This document shows, piece after piece, positions 1-12,899 of a stretch of 64,000 nucleotides of DNA. Numbering within the stretch: the first letter of the stretch is position 1; each line of letters starts with the position of its first letter. The stretch lies in contig MU054391.1 in assembly GCA_013239625.1 (NCBI GenBank), forward strand, positions 2,943,130 through 3,007,129. Reading direction: 5' to 3'. Below the pieces are notes generated by a model. It ran no database searches. It was not told the origin of the DNA and saw only the letters and a program-made list of their open reading frames with translations. The position numbers and the translations under genes were made by a program. This DNA is from Lama guanicoe. Lineage: Eukaryota.

Positions 1-339
1 ATTGTCATAATGAGGATAGTGACAGGCTGTCTGGAGATTCAAATTAAAAAAATATGCAAATTTTTTTCTAAGCCTTTAAGTGCTATATAAACAAAGAATA
101 TATTATTCCTCATAGCTGAACAGCTAATAGAATTTGCATTGCTCTGCCTTCATTGTACCATTGATTCATGGTCCTCGCACTTATTAATTGTAGCCAATTA
201 AGAAAACAAATAAGCATAAAGAAAAAAACTTAAAAGTAGTGTGCGACTTGACTGTTCAGGTTTAGCCATTGTAAATATATTGTTTATCTCCTTTCAGTAT
301 TTAAATGAATATGATATTAGATCATGTGTGTGTTTTTTT

Positions 340-422
340 TAAATTATTCTTTCATTAATTTTGTTTTGTTGAAGTATGGTTGGTTTACCACGGTGCATGA
401 GTTTCTGGTGTACAAGATGTGT
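340..422 (-). mobile_element. Short LINE-1 3'-end fragment
   Basis: ttgaagtatggttggtttaccacggtgcatgagtttctggtgtaca resembles the L1 3' terminus at 2683-2735. Confidence 0.55.
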
Positions 423-554
423 GAATTTATTTATTATTTTGAATCCAAGGCATTTCCAGGCTGCTTTAGCGTTTACAAGGGTCCGGGGCTGTTCTAGGCT
501 TTCCAGGGTGGGTCATGTGATACAGCAACACCATGACATGGGATTGCTGTAATC

Positions 555-670
555 ACCTGCATTTTCACTCGAGTAAACTGAGGCACGAGTTAAGCAGCCC
601 ATCCAAGATGACTCAGCAGTGATGACAGAGGAGAGATTCAAAGCCGGGGGTCCTGAAATCAGAGCAGGTG
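555..670 (-). mobile_element. MIR SINE fragment
   Basis: MIR core in reverse orientation: cattttcactcgagtaaactgaggcac...ccaagatgactcagcagt...gattcaaagcc. Confidence 0.7.
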
Positions 671-1994
671 CGCTCGCCCACTCAGCCTTGGGGCCTCATT
701 TCTCTCTGGAGGAGTGTTTTTGTGGCGGGGAAGTGGCGGCTTGATCGTATTTTAATTCTTCTCGTCCGGCCACCTTCCTCCGTGTCTTTGCCCACACAAC
801 ACTGTGCATGAAGTGCTGGGCTCGGTCCACCTTCCCTGAGCCACATTTAAGTGAAATCAGACCCTTCTCCAAGCAAGACCCACCGCGCACGACCAAGCCC
901 TCCGCACGCACGGAGTTCAGACCCAGGTTAAGCCTTGCACGTTCTGCTGGCCGCCCTGGTGACTGAGGTGGCCCCTCTGTCCTCTAAACACGTAGCATTG
1001 GCTACCCACACCTCTCAGGTCACATTTAAAAATGCCCTCTGCATTTTTACGGAAGTGCAATGCCCGCGCTTAGCTTTAGGGACCGGGACTAAACTGTGTC
1101 CCCGGGTCCCGCAGTTTCCCCGCTGGTCTCACAATGCTCTTTACCGTCTGTGTGAACAAAGCATCGTCCCACTCAGATGACGAGTGAAGCTGGGTGGTCC
1201 CCGCGTCTCCCTGCATCGAGGATGGCTGCTCTCCTCACTGCACGGCCTGCTGGACGAGGCAGGATGTTCGGGATGGGTGTGGCTCACCTCCGTCTGACTA
1301 GAAGCTCGAATGGATTCAAGTTAAACATTTTGGAGAAGAATACACAAAGGTGGTAACTCCATTCTCTTGTAAATTATGTGTAAAGTGTCTTAACGTTAAC
1401 AATTATGTAGAATGTCCCTGTAAGATTGAATGTGGCTCCAGAAAAGTCACCACGATGTCTTTCTTTTATAACCCACAGTGTCAGACACAGATGACGACTG
1501 GTTTCAGCATCACTTACAAAGTCAGTGAGTGGGTGGTGGACCAAGACCAGTTAGCGGCTGGTGCTTTTCTAGTAACCCATTCGCCGGTGCGCTCACCCAG
1601 CACCCTGTCCCCTGTTTGGCGGTGCAGGTTGCTGCTGCCCGTTTGAAGTGGCACACGAGAGAATCAGTGGTGGGGAAGGTGTCTCCAGTGTATGGTCTCC
1701 CGTTCCTGTGCCCTCCCGTAGCGTCACGCTTAGCAACTATTAAGCACTACTCGGTTTTCTGATGCTTACAGATAAGCATTCAGGTGCCCTTTGAAGAATC
1801 ACTCCCTGGTCTCAGACCGTCGGTTCTCTAAGTAGCCATGGAAAGCACAGGTGTCAAGAGCTTCGCCAGGCCCCCTGGGAGGGGACTGTGGCCGTGAGGA
1901 GAGAACCGGGATCTGCTGGGGCTCCCTAGGCGCCCCGCACCACGGTCCTCACTCTTGTGGGTAAGACTGTCAATCCTTACAAACCTGTTGGTGT

Positions 1995-2078
1995 TCATTA
2001 TATTGTACAAATGAGAAAACTGAAGCACAGAGAGGTGGATCAAATTTTCCAAAGTCACACTGCCCGTGAGTGGCAACT
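1995..2078 (-). mobile_element. MIR SINE fragment
   Basis: tacaaatgagaaaactgaagcacagagaggt...ccaaagtcacac matches the reverse MIR core. Confidence 0.75.
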
Positions 2079-2639
2079 GGGTTGTTTTAAAGGACTACAA
2101 TCTACTAATTTTTATTCTTCTTGGGAAACTATTGGATCTGGTCAGCCACGCTGTGCTGGGCACCCCAGCTGTGGGATGCACTCATTATACAGGAGGATTA
2201 GTGCCTGGTGACCACGGGGAAGCCCTGTTCATGCCTCCTCCCTGCGGTTTGCTTGGCTTTCAAAGCCTTTCATGTACCCGAATCCTAGAAAGCCCTCTGA
2301 TCAATGAGAATTGTACAGAGTTTCTGCAACTTACAGAAGGCACTGTGGGGTTGAGCATGGAAGCCTTTGTGTGGGACAGATGTGACCCAGAATCCCTGTT
2401 CTGCCACCTCTTGCTCGCCTTGTCCCCCCAGCCCTGGCTCTATCCCCTCTGTTCCTTCCACCGGATTGGATATCACCTGTCCAAATGCCGCCTGTGCTGA
2501 GAGCCGGCTCCAGTGTCACTTCGTCTTAGAGTCAGAGAGGCAGCTGGCTTCCCGGGTGAGAGCAGAAGCTGAACGTAAATCCTTGGGCCCTGGGTTCAGT
2601 TCCTTGGAGGGGTGTGATATCTGAGTTACTCTGAATTTC

Positions 2640-3154
2640 TTTTTTTTGCTGTTTTTTTCCCATTAATTAATTAATTATACTATTGAAGTTTAGTCAATTT
2701 ACAATTACAGTGTGCCAATTTCTGGTGTACAGCATAATGTTTCAGTCATGCATGTACATACATATATTCCTTCTCATATTCTTTTCCAGTATAGATTACT
2801 ACAAGATACTGAATATAGTTCCCTGTGCTGGGCAGAAGCAGCTTGCTGTTAATCTATTTTGCATTTAGTAGTTCATGTCTGCAAATCTCAGACTCCCAAT
2901 TTATCCCTTGCCATCCCCTTCTCCTGACTGGTAACTATAAGGCTGTTCTCTATGCCTGTGGCTCTTCTCTGTTTCTGTTTTGTAAATAAGTTCATTTGTG
3001 TCTTTTTACTTTTTTTAGATTCCACATGTAAGTGATATCATATAGTATTTTTCCTTCTCTGTCTGACTTACTTCACTTAGAATGATAATCTCCAGGGCCA
3101 TCTATATTAATGCAAATGGAATTATTTTGTTCTTTTTTATGGCTGAGTAGTATT

Positions 3155-3204
<50 letters not shown>

Positions 3205-4785
3205 CACACCACATCTTCTTTATCCAGTCATCTGTCAGTGGGCATTTGGGTTGCCTCCATGTCTTGGCTGTTGTAAATAGTGTGGCTGTTAACATTGGGG
3301 TTCATGTATCTTTTCAACTTAAAGTTCCTTCCAGATATCTGCCAAGAAGTGGGATTGCTGGATCATATAGTAAGTCTAGTTTTAGTTTTTTTAAGGAACC
3401 CATACTGCCCTCCATAGGGGCTCCACACCCTCTCTAGCATTTATTATTTATAGACCTTTTGATGATGGCCATTCTGACCTGTGTGAGGTGATACCTTGTT
3501 GTAGCTTTGACTTGCGTTTCTCTGATAATTAGCGATACTGAGCATGTGCCTGCTGGTCCTCTGGATACCTCCTTTGGAGAAATGTCTGTTTATATCTTCT
3601 GCCTATTTTTGGATTGGGTTACTTGTTTCTTTGATATTAAAGTGTATGACCTGTTTATATATTTTGGAAATTAGTCCCTTGTTGCTCATATCATTTGCAA
3701 ATATTTTCCACAATTCTATACATTGTCTTTTTGTTTTATTGATGGTATCCTTAGTGGTTAAAAGCTTTTAAGTTTAATTAGGTCCTGTTTGTTTAATTTT
3801 GCTTTTATTTCCATTACTCTAGGAGCTGGTTTGAAAAAAATATTGCTGTGACTTATGCCTAAGGGTGTTCTGCCTATGTTTTCCTCTAGGAAGTTTATAG
3901 TATCCAGTCTTACATTTAAGTCTTTAATCCATTTTGAGTTTATTTTTTATATTGTGTTAAAAAATGTTCTAATTTCATACAGGCAGCTGTCCAGTTTTCC
4001 CAGCACCACTTGTTGAAGAAACTGTCTTCTCTCCATTGTATATTCTTGCCTCCTTTGTCATAGAGTAATTGACCATAAGTGTGTGGGTTTATTTCTGGAC
4101 TTTCTACCCTGTTCCCTTGATCTGTGTGTCTGTGTTTGTGCCAGCACCATACTGTTTTGATTGCTGTAGCTTTGTAGTATAGTCTGATATCGGGGGCATG
4201 ATTTCCCCAGCTCCATTCTTCTTTCTCAAGAGTGTTTAAAAAAAAATCGTTTTTGGCTATTCAGGGTCTTTTGTGTTTCTATATAAATTTTAACATTTTT
4301 TGTTCCAGTTCTGTGAAAAATGCCATTGGTAATTTGATAGGAATTGCATTCAATCTGTATATTGCCTTGGGTAGTATGATTATTTTAACAATATTGATTC
4401 TTCTCATCCAAGAATATGGTATATCTTTCCAATTGATTATGTCATCTTCAATGTCTTTTTCATCAGTTTCTTATAGTTTTTGGAGTACAGGTCCTTTGCC
4501 TCCTTAGGTAGGTTTATTCCTAGGTATTTTATTCTTTTTGATGTAGTGGTAAATGGGATTGTTTCCTTAATTTCTTTTTCTGATATTTTGTTGTTAGTGT
4601 AAAGAAATGCAACCGATTTCTGTATAGTAATTTTGTACGCTGCAACTTAACCAACTTCACTGATGAGCTCTAGTCATTTTATGGTAGTGGCTTTCAGATT
4701 TTCTATGCATAGAATCGTGTCATCTGTGAACAGTGACAGTTTTACTTCTTTTCCAATTTGGATTCCCTTGTTCTTCTTCTTTTCC
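2640..4785 (-). mobile_element. 5'-truncated LINE-1 (3' part of ORF2, 3' UTR and decayed poly-A tail)
   Basis: T-rich tail followed by about 2.1 kb of typical antisense L1 sequence (ccagttttcccagcaccacttgttgaag, ggtaggtttattcctaggtatttt). Homologous to the sense copies at 32585 and 61684. Confidence 0.95.
3157..3201. repeat. (TG)n microsatellite inside L1
   Basis: About 22 perfect TG units. Confidence 0.98.
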
Positions 4786-5889
4786 TTGGGGAAAAAAGTG
4801 AATAACTCCACTTCTGTGTTTTGGGGCTACTGAAAGGCAGAGGGGGATATGCACATAAGGCGAGGAGCAGAGCATCTGACCAGCCGTGGTGCTCAGTGAT
4901 CGGGGAGTTTCCTCCAAGTGCGTGTGCACCTGTGTGCAGGCTCGCACATGCGTGTACGGTGAGGGGTGGGTAGTTGTAGACTGCATCAACTTGGTGGAAA
5001 TAATTTCTTCCTACTCTAAACCCATTTCTTCTCCAGCCTTGGCTCCTAGACATGTCAGTTTCCGCGTCTAACGTGGCTGTTGGTGAGTGTGCCCCCTCTT
5101 CCTGCTTCTCTCACGTATTCTAAAGTGACCATGAGCTCCCGAGGACAGCGTCTGGATCCACTGCAGCCTTCTCCTCCAGAAAGCAGTGTGTGTGCGCTTT
5201 CCAAGGCAACCATCAGTGCATGTTGAGTAAACACACGGACAGGTGACTGTCTACATTCTCCCCAAACTCCTCTGAGCTGCGATTTTTACACACCAAAGCC
5301 ATCATAGGAAAGGTTTTATTCAGCTACTGATTTCATCCAGCACGAAAGGGGAGGTGATGCTGAAAGAAACTGGAAATTCAGGTCTGGCCTCCAGCACACC
5401 CCTCTGGGGGACCGGCCCACCCAAGCTCTGTTAGCACTGAGCCGGGAATCAGCCGGGGCTCAGGGCGCTGGGACTTTGCTGGAGGAGCTGAGCGCCTGGA
5501 CCCAGCGCCGTCTGCCGGGTCTGTTGCTCACACGATCATGCTCTGAGGACGAGCCCTCTCTGACCCGAGTGCCTGCTTCCGGCTGGCCACGGATTCACCC
5601 CCACGTTTTTGGGCTCCCAGGAGTGCGAGGCCACTTCACACCCTGAGGCACTGAGGACCGGGTGTCAAGGCTTCCTGCCACTCACTCTTTCTGGTCTCAC
5701 CCTCAGGCATGGGGACTAAATGAATCCGTCAGTCCTAATGAAAAGTCACATTTTTTTTCTCTGGATAACATAGAAGGAGTTCCCAAGAAAATTAAACTGA
5801 CTTACTATTGAGTCTTGGTACCTCGTCCTTGTTTATTGAGCACAGCGTTAAATACACAAGCTGGTCCCTCGAGCTGATCTTCCTCTTTA

Positions 5890-6100
5890 TCCACAGAAAC
5901 AGAAAGGAGCTTAGCAGTTGCCAGGGGCAGGGGTGGGGGCGCTTGCGGACAGGGAAGTGATGTCTTTTGGGTGATGAAAATGCTCTGGAATCAGGCAGTG
6001 GGGGTGTTTGCCCAACCCTGTGAAACCCCCTGACTTGTGTATCTGAGAAGGTGAATGTTACGGTGTGTTAATTGTGTCTCAACAAAGCTGTGATTTACGG
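5890..6100 (+). mobile_element. Old L1M 3' UTR fragment
   Basis: acagaaag...gttgccagggg...gggtgatgaaaatgctctggaatc...ggtgaatgttacggtgtgttaattgtgtctcaacaaagctg is a typical L1M 3' end. Confidence 0.8.
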
Positions 6101-7249
6101 ACAAAAACAACAAGATTCAAGTAACTCTCAGCCATTGTTCCATTCCCCAGGTGCCCGTTCCCAGGAGCGTTCAGTCCGAGGAAGGATGCTCGCACAGTAG
6201 ATGGGAAATCAGAGGCTTCTGTGACGGGAGGGAAAATTCCTAACCAACATTTACTGCGGAAGCAGGAAGTGCACATTTGCTGATCTCCCTGGGCCGATAA
6301 GGAGAGCGATGGCTTCCTTTGTGTAGTGTCTAGATCAATTAGAAGGTGTAGCCCTAGGACAAAATGCAGGATGTTTGCTCTGGCGGGCTCCTAAGCACAC
6401 CTTGAAACTTGAGACCAGGGGCGGTTGCAAAGAAACAGCTTGTTGGTGACAGTCAGGAAGCTCTTTTCCCTGAAGAGTCGCATGTTGTATTCTGGAAGGT
6501 TGGCCTCAAATTAGTTAGTGACACTTGCTACTTTTGTTTAAAGGCTAAAAATATTTACTAAGAGATTCACTTCAAGGGTCAAGATGAACAACTGAGAGAT
6601 ATTTCGAAAAATACCAACCGTGTGCTCTCAGACAAAAGACACTTACAGAGAAGTTCCAGGAAGGAAGATTCTCTTCCTAGAGGTGAACGAAGTTAGGAAG
6701 AAATCGGGCCTCTCCATCTATTCCTATGAGAGGTGCAGACGAGTCCTGAAACGATCAAGCCGGCTCCCCCCGTAGACTCTTCACGAACAAACACCCAGGC
6801 AGATCCAGAAACCTTCCGGGTGTGTTGATGGGACCGATCCAGTACTTTCTGGCTTCCTCCCCGACCTACAACTGGCTCAGGGCCCTGGGAAACGGGAAGG
6901 CAGCAAGGGCCCGGGAGCCCTCCCCCAAGGAATTTACAATCCGGAGGAGAGATAACACTCACCTATTTGAAGATTAGGAGGACTCAAAACAACCTGTCAA
7001 GCTGACAGCCATTTTTCTTTCTTGGCCCTACTGGGGGGCCTTGTTGGGGGACCCAGCATAACGATGTCCTCGCTGCTTCTGCCCTCAAGGGGCGCCGAGA
7101 AGAGGGTCGGGGATCAGAAAGAGAGATAACTCCCCCCCTCCTGTGCGCTTAGGAGGGCCTGGGGCCACAGCGGGGGGGGGGGGCCTGGGGCCACAGCAGT
7201 GGGGAGAGGGCCTGGCTGGGACGGCGGGGCATGAAACGTGAGGAAAGGA

Positions 7250-7654
7250 CTTAACGGCTGATTATGATCCCCAGAAAGACAGGCTCAAGCCCTAACCCCA
7301 CAGTACCTGGGGCTGTGTGTGTGCTTGGAAACAGGGTGTTACAGATGATCGAGTTAGAATGAGGTCATTGGGGTGAGCCTCAATCCGATATGGCTGTGTC
7401 CATATAAAAAGAGAGAGGAGAGTGTGAAGGTGAAGGTGAAATCAGGTGATACCGCAAGTCAAGGGGTGTCCGAGATTGGCAGCAAGCCAGCAGGAGCTGC
7501 GAGAGACACTTGGGACGGAACCTTCCTCACGGACTCTGAAGGAACCAGCCCTGCCCACGCCTTGATCTCAAACATCCAGCCTCCAGGGCCGGGAGATGAT
7601 ACATTTCTGTTGTTCACGCTGGTGCTTTGTTACTGCAGCCTTAGCAGACAGACA
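7250..7654 (+). mobile_element. MaLR solo LTR (MLT1 family)
   Basis: Hallmark MLT1 blocks: ccctaacccc, ttggaaacagggt, aatgaggtcatt, ggaaccagccctgcccacgccttgatctca, ccagcctccag, tttgttactgcagcc. Confidence 0.85.
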
Positions 7655-10259
7655 GAGGGAGAACTGGACCTTGTCCTTAAAAGAGGGTGCGTTCTCCAGG
7701 GGAATAAAGGGGAAAGAACATTCTCAACCCAAGAACCTCTGGGCCCCCAGCTGGTAGGAAGTGCAGGTGGACAAGGGGATAGGCTTTGGGCACCATGTGG
7801 TCTGGCTTGGAGGAGAGAAGCAGATGATCCTGGAAGGTGGGCCAGAACTGAGGCACCTTTAGGAACGGCTTGATCTGGGAGACATCGGGGAGCCTGTGTA
7901 GGTCTGTAAGCAGAGACTCAAGAAGGTGAGCGGGAAAGCCAAACACATTACCCTGCAGGAACGGAGAGCCCTCCATGAGCCTGCAGGGGACCCACGAACA
8001 TGGGGGGCAGGTGTGGGGACGGAGGAGGGGCCACAAAGACTAAGCAGCCCGCAGGTCCACATGATGACTGAGCATCGCTGCTTCTGAAACAGCCCACGGG
8101 GGCTTACCCTGCCAGCCTCCGCGCTTCCACTCCCAGCCCGAGACCCCCAGGGCTTCGGAACGCTCTGCGCTGGGCTGGGGGGCCCAGCGGGTCCGCTCTG
8201 CCTGCCAGCCTGGGAGGAGGAGGAGGAGGCCCTGCCACGTCTCCGCCCTCACAGGGGTCAGTGTGGCCTGGCGCCTGCCTGGGGCCCAGGCTCCGGGCGA
8301 GCTGTCGGCCCAGGTCCGCTGGGGGCCCGTCATGATCGGCTCCCTGGACCCGAGTCTGCGGTTCCTCCTGTCATCACGGCCGGCCCGTCAGCACGCGAGT
8401 GCGGCGATGTGGCTTTTCCTCATGAAGAGCATGCCGGGGCCCTGTTTTTATCAGAGGAGCGATAACTCTGTACTTTATACTCACTCCATTGCCGTCGCTT
8501 GACCCAGTTACAAATGCAGCCCCACAACCACCGATCCCAGAGCGCAGGGCAGCTCTGAGAGGGAGGGAGAGACAGCTGAGGGCCCGCTGCCCACGTGAAG
8601 CAGGTGCCTCGCTCCTCGGTGACCCCACGGAGTGGAATCCTGGAAAGGGATGTCGGGCGCCCTGGTCCAGCCATCTGGGGGAGCCACGTTAGGCAGTGAA
8701 TTCACCCTCTGCCGCCTTCTGTTGTTTTCACTGCTGAATGGGGACTGTCACCAAACAGGAGGATCGATCCCAGTGCATTTTCACGGAGTCCTCGTGAACC
8801 TTATGACTGAGCTGAGCACCTGGGAAACTGAGCAGTCACCGGGAGATGCGGGCTGCAGTCCAGGGAGGCTAGAGGAGCTGACATCTTGTCACCAAGCTCG
8901 CTGCTGCCTTCCTGGTTGTGGCGAGGTCACAGCAGGCTGCCCGCCTCTTCCAGAAACCCAGGACTGCCTCCGGAGGGATTCAGGCAGGCAGGCAGGCAGT
9001 ATTCTCCAAAGCCTTCGCCAGGACAACCAGCGTGGTGATGCTTTCTGCAGATTTCAGACGAAAATGCCTCCTGCTGAGAGCAGGCACTTTCCATTTCTTC
9101 TGTGCGGTGGGTGTGTCTGACAAGCCAACCTACAGAGCAATTCCTCTGACCTGTGTGGATGCCCGTCTGGGTGGTGAACTTCTAGGGACTGAAAAGTGAA
9201 CTTACTTTCTTTCTTCTGTGCACATTAACATGGCTGCTTGGCAAAAAGAGGGGAGGCATTTGTTTGCTTTTTGTGGAAACAGTGGAAGCAACGTCATGAT
9301 TAAAGACAGACAGGCAAACCCCGACCTGCTGTAGCGCCGTCTGCTGAAGCGGGATCCACAGTGTCAGGATGCCTGGCAAGTGCCTCTCATTCCCAGGCAC
9401 CACTGCACGGTGCTTGACATTGAAACGGAGTGCTCTGTCAAAGGGACGCTTATCTCCAGGAGCAGATAAACACCAGCAGGGTTTTGTGGTCTCTCTGCAC
9501 ATGCACATTACAGAGTAAACACTACAGGAAAATCAGAGCGTGAACCTTGCACAGAAGAATCTGGGGTCCCTTCCTCAGACCTTTAAAGCCCCAGCACCGT
9601 CTCCCGGGACCACGCCCTGAACTCAGACCAGTGGAAAACGCACCAGCTCTTCCTCTGATTCGGCTTTATCCATTTAATACCAACGTGGTAGGTGGGGCGT
9701 TTTGCTGCCCTGAGGGCCAATGTTGAGATGTAAAGAACGATGAGACATCTTTTGAATTTTGTCTTAAAAATGGGGTATGCCAATTTTTGCCGTCTTTAGA
9801 CATTTTGGGGGTTTTAAGATTTACTCAAGCTGATGACTCAGGTTTTCTCAGAGCGTAAGGTCGCCCTGCACAACTAGCTGACATTGGTAAAACGATGTGG
9901 GTTCCCAGCAAAAGGAGCGCGCCGCGTCTGAATAAAACCGTCGGCACGGCTTGGGGACTACAGGTAGGGTCACGGCTTCCTCCGCTCCACTTTGTGAAAC
10001 CGGCCAGGCCCCTAAGGTAAACCGCGACGGGCAGTCAGAAGCGCTGGGCTTGTTACTGGAGAGAGCCGGACGGCTTGGAGTTTGCCTGAGGAAACATTTA
10101 TGAATCAAAGACACCCCAAGAGTCATCCTCATGGTGCTTTTCAACCATAATTAGACAGACCACTCCCACAGTGGGCTCTAGTAATTCAGCTGCAAAGAAA
10201 TTTTGTCAAATTCCTATTCTCACTGAATTTTGTGTATTTTATTCTCAAAGTAAATGTTT

Positions 10260-10500
10260 CATTCATTCATTCATTCGTTCATCAGTCTTTAAGTGTGCAG
10301 GGGTCCACAGGAAGAACCCAGGCTGCAGGAGAAAGCAGGCCAACCCATGAGCTACGTGGTTTCTGCCCAGTGGGGATGACGTGATGACAGGGGTGCAGAC
10401 AGCACAGCTGGGAGGGGTGCAGTCCTCCTGAGCTGGGAAGGCAGAGGCGACCAAGGGAGGCTTCCGGACGAGCTCGTGATTTAACTGAACGTCCCAGACG
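10260..10500 (-). mobile_element. L2 3'-end fragment
   Basis: attcattcattcattcgttcatc tail motif followed by degenerate L2-like sequence. Confidence 0.5.
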
Positions 10501-10629
10501 GAGAAGGAAGGTATCCAGGTCACCTCTGCAAAGACGGGAAGAGTCACTGCTAATTGGCGAGGCTGTTTGGAGGATTAAATGAGCAAAGATAAACAGCAGG
10601 AGGCAGCAAGTTATTATAGAAAAATCACA

Positions 10630-10725
10630 GTGGAGGAACCAGGCAGAATCTGGGTCCTGCCCCTTCGAGCTGTCCCGTCTGTCTGGGTGAGCCTCAGTGT
10701 TCTCATCTGTAAACGGGGAAGAGTC
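10630..10725 (+). mobile_element. MIR SINE fragment
   Basis: gagcctcagtgttctcatctgtaaacgggg MIR core. Confidence 0.7.
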
Positions 10726-10799
10726 TGGCTCCTGTGGTGCAGGTTGGGATGGGAGCCTGTCACGCACCACACACACTTACCAAAGGGTGGCTGTTGGCA

Positions 10800-10946
10800 G
10801 GGGAGGGTGTAGCTCAGCGGTAGAGCACATGCTTAGCATGCACGAGGTCCTGGGTTCAGTCCCCAGGACCCTCATTAAATAAATAAATGACCCCAACTAC
10901 TTCCCCCCAAAACAAATAAATAAAAATTATTCCTAAAAAAAAAAAA
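10800..10946 (+). mobile_element. tRNA-Ala-derived SINE (camelid Vic-1-like)
   Basis: tRNA-Ala(AGC)-like head with Pol III A and B boxes (gtgtagctcagcggtagagc...cttagcatgcacgaggtcctgggttcagtcccc), A-rich tail, and a diverged 18-bp target-site duplication (aaagggtggctgttggca 10782-10799 / aaaggctgactgttgaca 10944-10961). Confidence 0.9.
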
Positions 10947-12899
10947 GGCTGACTGTTGACATCCTTGTGGAACGTGCTGCATGAATCAATAGGTATTTCT
11001 TTCCTTTTCTTTCTATTTCTTTCTCTGACCTTTCTGATAAATTCCTGAGTCTTTAGATAAAAAAAAATCCACATTCTGCACCTCACCTATTACACTGATT
11101 ACAAACTTGCAACGTCTTAGTGGCTGCAAAGAAAAGGACCATGATAAAAAGCAAATGTTACATTCACGCTAAAGGAAATGACTTTGCTGGTGACTGGACT
11201 CAACTTTTTTCTGAGATAGGCAGCTCTCACTGTAAGGGGGAATGCTGAACGTTAGCAAGGCGACCTCTGAAATGCTATTGCTGCATTAGAAAGAAATTCC
11301 ACATTGAGGTACTTCTGTGTAACATTCCAACATTGTCTACTCTTCAAACTTAAAAAGAAATAGTAAGACTGCATTATTTAAGAAGAAAACCTTGGGGAAA
11401 GCTTGTGTTTGGGAGCATATTAGTCAGAGCAAAGAATCAATTTTAGAGTTAAAAAATCCATGATAATCACATGGAATGCTTCACGAATTGAAGTACAAAA
11501 TATAAGGATGTTTTTGGCTTGATTCTTATAAATGATATCCCTTAATCGACAGCATCTCCCCACGTGGAAGTTACTGTCTCTAAGCAGTGGGGCTCAGAGG
11601 CCGTGACAGGTGAAGATCTTCCTGCCGGTGGCATGTGTCCAACTCACATGTCCGAGTGGCATCCAGAGCCCTCTTGGGGGCCAGGGCAAGTCAGTGTCTG
11701 TGGCCGGAGATTCTGGGGCTGCAGGGAGGCTGGGGTGGTGCCAAGGGGCAGTTCTGCTGCCGGGACCCTGTTACATCGATCTGTCAGGTAAACGGGGTTT
11801 GCATTTGAGCAAAGGAGAGAGTGCCCGAAGCGTTCCTTGCAAACGGCGGGCCTGGGCTTCTCCTTAGAGTGTTGAGCAGTGATGGTGCCCAGCTCACCTT
11901 CGAGGGCCGCGCACGCGTTAGGCTAAGGAACCGGGCTAACGGCGGCGGTGTGGGAAGAGTGAACCGAGTGGGTGGCTTGGGAGCCAATGATTCGGACCTA
12001 GGGCTTTCCAATGTGTTATCAAGGGGCCTCAAAAATCTCGCTGAATCTTCTTTAAAAGAGCTGAGAGGCAGTTTAGCCAGTCTCAAAAGCCCCTCTTACT
12101 GCAAGCTCACCAGCCCGGAGGCGCACGCCTTTTCAGGGGAAACGAGGCTGATGGCCTGGAACGCTGGGCTTACGGCAGCCCGGAGAGGTGGCATTTGGCA
12201 GTGTTCATTACTATCGTACGGAACGAGTTCCCAGAGCCCAGGTCTGGTCCAGGGCGTGGCTCACGCCTGCCACGTAGACCAGAGACACGGTTGCTTTCCA
12301 CCCAGTTTCCACAGCCACCTGCCACCCTCCAGGTTCCCCTGATGCCTCCCACTCTGTGCAAAACTGTTTCCACTTTTATCCACTGAAGCGCTGGCCCCGT
12401 CTCCCGCACGGCCATGCGATCGTTTCGCCTACTGCACACACCTTGAAAACCATATGGTAAAGATTCTGTCCGCTCGTCCCCGAAGCTGCAAACATATGAT
12501 TACTGCAGGCATCCGTCCTCCCTGCCTCCTCCCTCCTGGCTGGGGTGGATCCTCCCCTCTGGGGTCCACGTCCCCCCCGGCAGGTGCCTCGTGGCCTCAC
12601 TCTTGTGCTCCTTTTCCAAAAGCTCCAGCGTTTCCCGTACGCTGGTTCCTTCCTGCCTTTAAGCAGACATCTCAAGTGTCCTCAAAATTGAAAGAAAAAA
12701 CAAACAACTCAGAAACTCCCTCAGTGCCACCCCCCTTCTGGGCACCACCTTCTCTCTCGTCCCCATTCGGGCATCTTTCCACCAGGCCCTCCGCTCTGTG
12801 TTTCCTTCCCCGCCGGCCGTGACGCTGGGGCTCCCTTCCATCCACACACTGGCTGTTCTCGCCAAAGCTGTGGAGGTTTCTCTGTGTATCTAAACCCAG

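Noticed and set aside
10803..10875. Functional tRNA-Ala gene
   Set aside because: It has a SINE tail, target duplication and imperfect stems, no T-run terminator directly downstream, and diverged paralogs in the window.
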